Assembly (NCBI RefSeq): GCF_006345805.1
Contig: NC_043015.1
Location: 19,220,001-19,284,000, forward strand
Direction: 5' to 3'
DNA length: 64,000 bases
Source of the DNA: Octopus sinensis
Taxonomy: Eukaryota
The translations under genes were made by a program, and so were the position numbers. Below the pieces are notes generated by a model. That model made no database searches. It saw only the letters and a list, made by a program, of their open reading frames with translations, and was not told where the DNA came from. Shown piece after piece: positions 38,501 through 50,500 of this stretch; the first letter of the stretch is position 1; each line of letters starts with the position of its first letter.

Positions 38501-41500
38501 AACTATATTGCATTCTGGCCTGCCACATGTCCCATACAATCAAGCAAATTGCTTTCACAAGCTGAACACACCTGCTTCGGATCAAGTAGCACATGCTCAT
38601 CATTGTCTGCCAAAGACTAAATTGGGCCATTATTGTCATGTTGAATGGCTTTTGTCCAGTCATCTAAGATCACATATCTTAGCTCTGACTACCTTCATGT
38701 TTCATGTTAAATAATTGATTGTAAGCACATTTTTTGTGATGTCTTTCCTAAGTGCATCTTCTAAGATTTTAACTAATTCTCTTTCATTTCTATTTCCCCC
38801 TATCACATCTTTATAATACCTTATTGATTCTACTCTAATCACCCTTTCCTGGTTACAAATTTCTCATAATCCTTCCTACATGCTACACTGGAAATGCCAT
38901 GAATATTATATTACTATGACATCTAATTTGCCCCTCTGCCAGAGTCAATGCCACAAACCAGACATATTTGGTACCATCCATTGAAAAGTATTACTCACAT
39001 GCTCTCTTTCAACACAAGCATCTCATGAAGATAGAATCTCACACATTCTCTCAGGGACATCTGGTCACATGATATTGGTCTCATCAATTTTCACAGTGCT
39101 CTTCCATGTTTCACTGGCACTGAGAACTGTTGATAGAACTATGTTATGGAACCAGATCTTTGTGTGTAGGCCAATGGTGTTGGAGAACTAGGCAGTGCAC
39201 ATCCTCTGGAATACAACCACAACTTCACCAATTCCATTGCTGTCACCAATTTCAATATTACCAATGCAACTGATGATGATATTACCTAGATAGGTGATTC
39301 TATCAACTGTCAAAATATTTTGATGATTGATCTTTATGATTGTTGTTGTGATTAATCTTTCATGATGAGTTGGGTTATCAACAGATGAATGCTACATTTA
39401 ACAGAGTCTGGGCTTTTTTTCTTTATGGGTTGTTACTGCTGTTTATTATTATTATTATAATAATACGTGCAGGTGGCACGTAAAAAACACCCACTACACT
39501 CGCGGAGTGGTTGGCGTTAGGAAGGGCATCCAGCCGTAGAAACACTGCCAGATCTGACTGGGCCTGACGAAGCCTTCCAGCTTCACAGACCCCAGTTGAC
39601 CCGTCCAACCCATGCTAGCATGGAAAGCAGACGCTAAACGATGATGATGATGATGATGATAAACATTATTATTTTCCCCAACAAATTTACTACCATGCCA
39701 GAAATCCTTATTATTAGAATATGGAACAGTCAACGTAACAGAGTGTTTGTTGAATAAGTGCAAGAATCTAAGAGGGAACATCATCATCATCATCATCATC
39801 ATTTACCGTCCATTGTCCATGCTGACATGGGTTGGATGGTGTGACCAGAGCTGGCAAGCTGCACCAGACTCCAGTTTGATTTGGCACGGTTTCTATGGCT
39901 GGATGCTCTACCCAACACCAACTATTTTACAGAGTGTGCTGGGTGCTTTTAGGTGGTACCACATGGGCACTTTTATGTGGCACAACACAGGCACCTTTAC
40001 ATGACACCGCATGGGTGCTTTTACATGGCAATATGCAGGCACTTTTACTTGACACCACACGGGCACTTTTATGTGGCACCACATGAGCACTTTAACATGA
40101 CACCACCACAAGTGCTTTACACTGCCAGAAGGATTGGTCTTAACACTTCTGCTGCAGAGTACAGGTCTTCTTAAGTATGGCAAGGTGCCAGACATCTCAG
40201 TCGTTTGTCATCTCACCTGAAAGATTCAACATACCATGTCTCCCTGAGTCTCCTACTTCCACATGTTCCATCCATTTTGAGAGGTCGGCACTTTTTTATG
40301 GAGCTGTCGCCTATCTGCATCACATGACCAAACCAGTGCAGTTTTCTTTCTTGCATAATTCCTCTTTATGCCTAACTTCTCTCTCAGAACATTAGCATTT
40401 TGTCGAACATGAACACTCACATTACACATCCTCTGCATTCAGAATTCACATCTCACTACCATGTAGAATTGCTATCTGTATACATGCATCATACTATCTT
40501 CCTTTCACTCAGAGAGAGAAAGCTTTCGTGGCCGACAGAATTAACAGCTTTCTGAATTTCCTCCATCCTATTCTTATTCTAGCTATCACACTCTCCATGC
40601 ATCCTCTCCCACAGCTAATTTGGTCCCCTAACTAGCAAAAATCATCTACTATCTCTAATGAGCCACCAAGGCATTTGAGAGAATCAATTTCCTGAGTCAC
40701 TAAAATTTTTATGGACCTTGTGCATCTTCCACATACAAAAATTATCTTCTTTAATAATCTTCCAATTAACCCACTGCACCTCTTATGTGTCCATAGCTTA
40801 CACTGGGTACACCATATGGAGATCCAGCCAACACCTTTCCTACAAATCAAATAGAGCCACCTACTTGAGTGGGGCATAGTCCTGTCAGTTTTCTTGCTTA
40901 CTAGGACCTTAGTCTTTGCTAAGTTAACCTTTAGATTCCCAGTTTTGCTTCTACACTTGGAATTTTTCATCTAGCTCTATGAAATCTGCTAAGAGCGTAA
41001 GATCATTAGCATACACGTATAGTAGTTCCCAGGGGTTACTGGTCTTGAATTCCTCTGTTATGATCTAAAGGATAATGATGAAAAGGAGGGGACTAAGGAT
41101 TAAGCCTTGATGAACCCCTACCTGTACACCAAATTCTTCGTTGTACTCAGGGTTAACTCTCACCTTACTGACAGCATCTTTGTACATGGCCTGTGCAGCT
41201 TTCACCAGCCTGAATAAAATCATAATTAACTGATCTTACTGTATTTTCTTTTACCCAAAGCCAGGAACTTTTCAGTGCCCCCTTGTACACAGTCCAGGCC
41301 AAGCAACTATACCCAAATAGTTACAAAGTTGTGGCCCATCTCAGAGATCCTTATTATTGTTATCATAATAATTCCCCAACCTTAAATTTATTTTTTCTCA
41401 TATAAAAGAATTTCTCAGATGAAAATCAAATATACTATTGAGAAATATTCTGTTACCAAAGACAATGTAAATATCTATTCATTAACTATATTCATCATAC

Positions 41501-44500
41501 TTACAAAATTTTAGTTGCAAATTAACATTTGAATTTCAAAGTGTATTTTATATTAAGTTTTACTCACATAACTCAGAATTCCTAATAGTGTTCCAACATT
41601 ACGTACAGATTTGGATTGAAACCGAAGTTCTAAATACTGTAAAATTTAAAATGAAACAAATATTTTTAAAATAATGTAAACAGACGAATTTTTTGAAAAA
41701 TCAATTGTACAATATTTATGAAGACTAAAATATAGCAGTTAGAAATAATCTTTTACACTGTCGCACATGTAAAGTTTAAAGCAAAAACAAAAAAGAATAT
41801 TTTAATCAGATCTTTGTTATTTTATTTTGTTCACTGTGAACAGCTCTGATGACAGAGAAGAAACAAAACAGATTTAAAAATAGAAACATATCTCTTCTGG
41901 AGAACTACTACATTCAAACTGCTTTCAAAATATATTGTTATAGTTAAAAATAATTATGAATAACTGTAAGAAATTATTTTGTTAGACTAATATTTAATTA
42001 TAAAGCAGTTGATACTTACTTCAAAAACACTGGTAATTTGAAGTCTGTGGAAGAACGGTGCATAAATAAATGCTGAAATCAACTGAGACAGGGAAAATCC
42101 TATCATTGAAATCGCATAGGATAATCCATGTGTGTAAATTTCAGCTGGCATTCCTAACATCATGATAGATGACTCAAAAGAAACCATTAGAGATATGGCC
42201 AAAGGTAGAACCTACAAAGTTATGTTTAAATATTCAATGCAAATAAGAATAAAATACTTTTCAAAATATTGTTATCAGCATATATAAAGAAATCTTTTAA
42301 CTTCCCTACCTACAAGTGGATTAGAAAAACATTTTATATAAATATGCATATATATGTGTATGTGTGTGTATATATATAAAATTAATGCACAATATATGGA
42401 ATTAAATAATCCAGTGGTACTCACAGAAAAGCTCCTTTAGTGGATCAGGCTACAGACTACATAGTAAGCCAATACAAAGGTGTGTAATGTATAGTCCAAT
42501 GCAGTTGAAATCCAATTATTAATAATTATTTCATTAGGAGTATATAAAATATACAGAAATAGAAGACATATTAGATGAATATATTCACTTCATCAGTTGC
42601 TATCCATATGATTACAATCAAATAGATATCAACTGATGAAATAAATAAATTCATTTCATACCTTTTCTCGTTCTTTAAATCTTATATATATTGTGTCTGC
42701 CTTCCAAATGCTGTTTTTACTGAGATCTCCCTTTTTAGTAGAAGAAATAGCTATAACCCTTTGACTGCTATTTCTAAATTCGGTATGTGGTAAGGCAACT
42801 CGTTGCTAAACCCTTATTGCTTAGTATTACTTAAATTTTCCTCGAATGAGGCTTTTACATGCCGAAGACTACTTGGTGTAATTGATAATTTTTCCAAATT
42901 AATTAATTTCACCCTTCATTATTACGGATAACCATATTTTATCTCAGTAGATGACCACAGCATCTTGTTTTGGCTACACGCGGGTGGGAAGGGGCTGTTG
43001 ACACAATCGTTTCATTCACAAATTGAATTCGGTGATACCAGTTGCGGATTCTAGCTCGCTCTGATACTGAGTTGAGTTGGTGCCTTCTGGTATCTCAAAA
43101 TTCAATATATAATCATTTATGATTATAGTATTCTACGCTGAAGAGAAAAGAAGTTTCGGTAAGATAGAATTATTTAATATTTAATATTTAATTCTTATGC
43201 TTTCCTAAAAATTTGATTTCGAAACGTACGTCCGTGGATAACTAAAAAAATGTATGATAGATTGCAGTCAATTCATTCTCTCTTACCTGTTTGTGTCTGC
43301 CTTCCAAATGCTGTTTTTACTGAGATCTCCCTTTTTAGTAGAAGAAATAGCTATAACCCTTTGACTGCTATTTCTAAATTCGGTATGTGGTAAGGCAACT
43401 CGTTGCTAAACCCTTATTGCTTAGTATATATATATATATATATCAATAATTTTACCCTCAATTATTGATATTATAATTCCTTTCTCCCTGTTCTGTTACT
43501 ACGGTTCTCACCGTTATAGTATGTTTACTAGATAACTCACGTGGGTGGAAGAGGAAAAAGCAGGAATCTTCGCTTGTACATTTTGAATTTGCTAGTACTG
43601 GCAGTTTGAGGGTGTTTGTCTGAGGTGATACATTGCCGGACGGGTATGTTCATTCTTTTAGTGCTTTCAAATCCAAAATTAAGAAATGTTGAGCTGACGA
43701 AGGAAATGCTGAGTTTTATTTCAGCTAATCTAGAAACGTGACGTTCTCAAATGATCTTTGTACTTGTGATATTTTACTGTTTTACCTCCATATCTTCGTG
43801 AGTTATTTTTGAGTAAACATTATCTGGGAGAATTTTTTCTTAAAGTAGTGGAAATGGCTAAAAAACTTTTTGGCTGCTATTTCTAGAAAGTTCAGTATGT
43901 GGCAAAGTAATTTATTTTACTAAACCCTAATTATTTAATGTAATATTTTGAATATGCCTTAAATGGTCCTTTTACATACTGAACACTACTTGGTGAAATT
44001 GATTAATAACTAATTAATTTTACCCTCAATTATTGATATTATAATTCCTTTCTCCCTGTTCTGTTACTACGGTTCTCACTGTTATAGTATGTTTACTAGA
44101 TAACTCACGTGAGTGGAAGAGGAAAAAGCAGGAATCTTCGCCTGTACATTTTGAATTTGCTAGTACTGGCAGTTTGAGGGTGTTCGTCTGAGGTGATACA
44201 TTGCCGGACGGGTATGTTCATTCTTTTAGTGCTTTCAAATCCAAAATTAAGAAATGTTGAGCTGACGAAGGAAATGCTGAGTTTTATTTCAGCTAATCTA
44301 GAAACGTGACGTTCTCAAATGATCTTTGTACTTGTGATATTTTACTGTTTTACCTCCATATCTTCGTGAGTTATTTTTGAGTAAACATTATCTGGGAGAA
44401 TTTTTTCTTAAAGTAGTGGAAATGGCTAAAAAACTTTTTGGCTGCTATTTCTAGAAAGTTCAGTATGTGGCAAAGTAATTTATTTTACTAAACCCTAATT

Positions 44501-47500
44501 ATTAATGTAATATTTTGAATATGCCTTAAATGGTCCTTTTACATACTGAACACTACTTGGTGAAATTGATTAATAACTAATTAATTTTACCCTCAATTAT
44601 TGATATTATAATTCCTTTCTCCCTGTTCTGTTACTACGGTTCTCACTGTTATAGTATGTTTACTAGATAACTCACGTGAGTGGAAGAGGAAAAAGCGGGA
44701 ATCTTCGCCTGTACATTTTGAATTTGCTAGTACTGGCAGTTTGAGGGTGTTCGTCTGAGGTGATACATTGCCGGATGGGTATGTTCATTCTTTTAGTGCT
44801 TTCAAATCCAAAATTAAAAAATGTTGAGCTGACGAAGGAAATGCTGAGTTTTATTTCAGCTCATCTAGAAACCTGACGTTCTCAAATGATCTTTGTACTT
44901 GTGATATTTTACTGTTTTACCTCCATATCTTCGTGAGTTATTTTTGAGTAAACATTATCTGGGAGAATTTTTTCTTAAAGTAGTGGAAATGGCTAAAAAA
45001 CTTTTTGGCTGCTATTTCTAGAAAGTTCAGTATGTGGCAAAGTAATTTATTTTACTAAACCCTAATTATTTAATGTAATATTTTGAATATGCCTTAAATG
45101 GTCCTTTTACATACTGAACACTACTTGGTGAAATTGATTAATAACTAATTAATTTTACCCTCAATTATTGATATTATAATTCCTTTCTCCCTGTTCTGTT
45201 ACTACGGTTCTCACTGTTATAGTATGTTTACTAGATAACTCACGTGAGTGGAAGAGGAAAAAGCAGGAATCTTCGCCTGTACATTTTGAATTTGCTAGTA
45301 CTGGCAGTTTGAGGGTGTTCGTCTGAGGTGATACATTGCCGGATGGGTATGTTCATTCTTTTAGTGCTTTCAAATCCAAAATTAAGAAATGTTGAGCTGA
45401 CGAAGGAAATGCTGAGTTTTATTTCAGCTCATCTAGAAACCTGACGTTCTCAAATGATCTTTGTACTTGTGATATTTTACTGTTTTACCTCCATATCTTC
45501 GTGAGATAAAGAGTATATACTTACGTATAGGATAAAAAAAGGGGTACGTAGCCGCCATGTATATATGTAAAAGTAAAAAAATATACAAACGGGACAAGAA
45601 CGTGAAACATTTAGAAGACGACACAAAAAACACGTAGTTTTAGCCCGTGCATTTTCTAAACAACCGTCACCTGTCAGTCAGCGAAGCTGATTCAGTATCA
45701 GCTTGTCTCACCTAACGATATTTCCCGCTGGCATATTATGACTTTCAAGCCATTTTCGGTCTTCCTCCTTCAGCCATATATAGAAGCTGACTTTTTCAAC
45801 CACCTCCTGCACTCTCCTTATTAGTTTTTGCAGCTCGGAGCTAGAAAAAACAAATCTTCTTTTGAAAAGCGTTGTCATTTTCCTTTCAATGAAGCCTCTA
45901 GCCCCCACTGCCAGGTGATAATATTCGACATTCCATCCCTGTTCTCTGCATTCTTCAGTTAGCTTTTCGTACCTCTTCTCCTTTCATTCCTCTGCATTGC
46001 CGATGTTCTCTTCCCAAGGTACTGTCACTTCTAGTAAAATTCCTATTCTCCGGTCTCTGTTCCATAGGACTAAATCCGGTCTTTTTTTGCTTTTATTAGT
46101 GGAAATATTACTTGTATATGTAAAAGAAAAAAGCAACAAGAATGGATTAGTTGTTCAGTACAATTGTTTCATACGAAGAACAGCTTTATTAAAAGCTGCA
46201 AATATTGCAGCAAATACAAGTGTCCCGTATTCATCAGCCAAAACACATGAGTTTTCCAAACATCCTAGGGGGTGAGGCTACACTCATGAAGTATCGAAGA
46301 GAATTCTATGAAAAGCAAAGTTAGATTGTAAGCAGACTTCAAAAGTTCTCTAATGATGCACAGTTTTATAAAAGGTTTTTAAAAAAGTTTGTTAGCTTCA
46401 CAGAAAAGGTAAATCCATCCGTAATAATGCAGGTGTAATTTCCGGAGATATGAGGAGATATTTCATACTCAGAGAAGATGAATGTATCCATAATAATGTA
46501 GATGTAATTTCCTGATATATGAGAAGATGTTGATCACACTTCTATTCGTTTCACAAAATTACTATGTTGGAAGAAGAGATTGACTATATTGGCTAAAAGA
46601 AGTCTCAAAAGAAATCAGTGAAGCAGAAACCGCCCAAATAAGGACATTATGGGAGATTATGGGAGGAAGGGGTGTAAGTACACAACCTACAAAGTTTAGT
46701 TTATTTCTGTGGTGACAGAAAATCTAGGTCATTGTTGCAGGAATCTGAGATTTAAAATTTATAAAAGAGAACATTACTTTTGACCATCATACAGCTATTA
46801 ACTGCCACTCCTACAGAGTTAAAGGCAGGTATAAGAATATAAAGAGAACAAAAGAAAGTATCAAAGGGGTCAAAGGCTATCAGTAGAGGAAAATACATTA
46901 AGAGATTTAAGTGCAACACTAGAACAGGAGGTTATTTATTTATTAATGTTTCTATTTATACAAATGTTTATACATTGTAAGACAGACTTTAGGTTTATAC
47001 CTAGAGGTCAATTAATTTCTATAGAAAAAGGTGTGAGAGTATTGTTTATTCAAAATATAGTGAAAATCATAGTGAAAAATCTTTATGTCATTATTAAGGG
47101 AGTAGCATTACTTATTAAACTTAGAATAGAATTAGTAAGTATTAGCAATTTATTTGATTTAAGTTGGGTTAATTAAATTAGATTAAATTAAATTAACTAT
47201 ATAGTCAATTAAAATTTTTGGCAACTTACAAATACCATTTGTTTCTTTGTGTTCTAAAACAGGTATAGTTAGAAAGAAAGAACACCAGTAAGAGCTCACA
47301 GATATCTACTTAAAATATATATATTATTTTAGAGTTTTGCTTTTTTAGCAAAAACAAGATAGACCTAGCTCTATACGATTATTCTCTACGATTCTTATTT
47401 AAAATATTTAAGTCTTAATTTTTGAGTGAATGGACCTAAATCAATACGGTTATTTAACAAATTTTTATTTTTTCTATGCCTTAAAATTTCACATGTCTCC

Positions 47501-50500
47501 ATGGAGCAGAGTTGGCAACCTACCCTGTTATTTCTATAAGGCATCGCTCTTCTAACTATTTCCCAATTAAGGTTATATTTAATATTATTATTTTTGAGTT
47601 CCCAGATCTTACTTGAAAGTGTGGTGCAACCAGCTTTATGACGTAACTTAAATGAAGAGATATGATTGCTAACTCTTTGTTTAAATTTTATAGTACAACC
47701 TAAATAAAAAAATTTGCTATTCTCAGTAGTTATGGTACATTTATAGATCACATTATTTACCCCACACAGGCCAGGTGCCGGGCATTTTGACTTAATTCTA
47801 CAATTACACCTAGGAGGATCATCATCAGATGTAGAATTATTTAAGGATAGATATCCCATATTGTTGCTATTCAAGTTACTATGAGTATAATTATCGTTAT
47901 TATAGGTAATGTTGTTATCTAAAGCTGTGTTATCATTTATCGATCCGCTAACACTATCATTTAGCTCTATAGTCATATCATAATTACTCACATTATTGGT
48001 ATTGCTACTATTATTGCTAGTATTTATATCCGAATGCATATTGCTATTATAGATATCAATGTTGTCTTCATTCCCGATATTTTCTCTATTAGCATTGCTC
48101 CTATTATTATCATTATTATTCCTATTAATATTAATATTATTATTAGTTATTCCATGGTTATTGATGCTACCTTTGTTTTGATAGTTACTATTATTGTGGT
48201 TATTATTTTTATTTTTGATAATATTATTGCAATTGTTATTGGTATTCATGTTGGTATTAGTCTTATTCCTGGCTAGCTTAATGTTTTTATTATTAATCTT
48301 AGCTATTATAGTGGACATATTTGGGAGGGTTGAATAAGAAATCCTAACCATTCTTTTAGAAATTATTCTATGATATTTATGAGAGGCTGGAAAATTTTTT
48401 TCTAGAATTAATTTGAATCTGCCTTGTATATCCGATAAAATCGCACAGTTGGAAGGAATATTCAGCCAGATTATATCTTTCTTATTAAATTTTCTTAAAT
48501 TAGAATTAGGGTTAGTTGAATTATTACTAATTTCACCAGTGCTATTATATTTATTACTATTATTTGTATGCTTTTTTGATTTATCTAAATTGGTTTTATC
48601 AGAGTTACCTATGCTCTGGTCTATATTTTTATTCTTATGATTAGGCTTGTACGTTAGATTTGTTGCCACCGTAAATCTATTTCTACTTTTATTTCGGGCG
48701 TGATCTATATTATTGTTTACGTGGTTACTGTTACCTCCATTTTTAGGAATATGTAAGCTCTCCTTATCAATAAAGGTAATCTTTTGGTTGTATCCTGCTT
48801 TAGATAACGCCGCATTATAATGCTCAGAATGAGAGTTAAATATATCATTATTAGATGATAATTTAGAGATTCTTAAGGAAATATTTCTAACCAAAGATTT
48901 TATTATATTTGGGGGATTATTGGATAATTTCTTTACGTATCTCGTGGTTTCACCTTCCTTTCTAAATGGGTAATGCAGCTTAGAGTTAAGGTCTAAATGT
49001 AATATCTAGGAAATTGACTATTTTAGTGCCAGGTTCATAAGTTATGCTAAGGTTGAAATCTTTAAAGAACCTATTAATTTTCTTTCTAATCCGTTCAATG
49101 CTAGATTTATTATTACTAGGAATAACAAACAGAGCATCATCTCTGTATAGACCACCTTGTAATTCCGGGATCTCCCTTTTTATGCACTTTAATAGATACG
49201 CACCTACCAAATTAGTTACCTCAGCCGAATCACTAGAACCCATGGGTATATCAAAATTATTAGGGGTATCTGCTCTAGTCCATAATTTTCCTTCAAATTC
49301 TATAAATGTTTTTCTAGCTAATAGCACTATATGCACTAATAGCACTATATGCACTTTAATAGATACACACCTACCAAATTAGTTACCTCAGCCGAATCAC
49401 TAGAACCCACGGGTATATCGAAATTATTAGGGGTATCTGCTCTAGTCCATAATTTTCCTTCAAATTCTATAAATGTTTTTCTAGCTAATAGCACCATATC
49501 GATTTCCTCTCCAGATATGAGAGAGCGATTCATGGCAAATATAAGTGATTTATTTAGCAAAATGGGGGAAATACTAGAGTAATAATTATTTATGTTGAAC
49601 TGAATAAAGGAAAGACTACTAGTATTAGTTAGAGAATTAAACCATTTTAATACTTCATTGGTATTTAGCCAGAGACTTAAGGGAAGAATCGGGGTTATTT
49701 GGAGTAGAACAGTATCCAGGATAGATTTACTAAGCCGGCCAATGTTTGACTTAGTTGGACAAATAAGTCTTACCGAAGGGTTTTCCATGAAATTCCTTTT
49801 GTGGTCCTTAAGGTTGATTCTAGGTTCACACGGTTTAAGTGGCTCCGTTCTATCTGTTAAATTGTATCTTTCCATAATTTCTTTCATTTCTAGGTTTATT
49901 TTTTTCAAATTATTCTTTGTTGTAATTTTATATTTGGAGTTGAGTTCCTTCTTAATTAGCTTGCTATAAAGAGTGTAATCTACTCTATACAGATTACCAG
50001 TTTTATTCGCTGGCACTAAGATTCCTTGTTTATTCCGAGTTGAATAAACAAAGTTTCTGAGATGTTTGAGGTGAGGGTTGTATCTTAACGGGTGTTCTTT
50101 GAATTTAATATCTTCTATAAGATTCAGTAGATCTTTTTCGAAATTTTCCAGGAGTGGGTTCGGAGGCGGGCTCTTTCTGCTTCTAAAAATTCTCCCATAG
50201 TTCTTATCAGTATTCCTTGCTTGAGGGTCCTTATTCCGTTTGACATCAAAATGGTAAGTTTTCCATCTAATTCTTCTAATGAAGTCATTAATCCTATGGA
50301 TAAGTAGCCAGATATATTCATCCTTAACGTGTAAGGGGATGTCTTTAGGGGAAAACTCTATGTTTACTTTCTCCATTCTTGTTGAGAAATTAAGTACCAG
50401 AAAAACATACAGACTGTATGGGAATATCAGTAAAAACAATGTATATATATAAGCATATACACACACATGTGTACAAACATGAGTATAAATTTTATTTCAC

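Larger units (their letters stand above)
43447..45505 (+). repeat. Tandem array of ~3.6 x 568-bp HHR-containing non-coding units (retrozyme/PLE pLTR-like)
   Basis: CTGACGA cores at 43694, 44262, 44829 and 45397 (periods 568, 567, 568); units differ by only a few substitutions. Confidence 0.95.

Noticed and set aside
39950-40110. CRISPR-like short repeats (also considered for the 568-bp array)
   Set aside because: Eukaryotic context, no unique spacers, no cas genes; these are tandem repeats.
47500-47815. Selenocysteine recoding as reported for some Naiad PLEs
   Set aside because: The CNCR/CP/C codons are ordinary TGT/TGC with no in-frame TGA.
48034-50321. Opposite-strand and alternate-frame ORFs overlapping the Naiad ORF
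   Set aside because: Shadow ORFs of an AT-rich coding sequence with no recognisable motifs.
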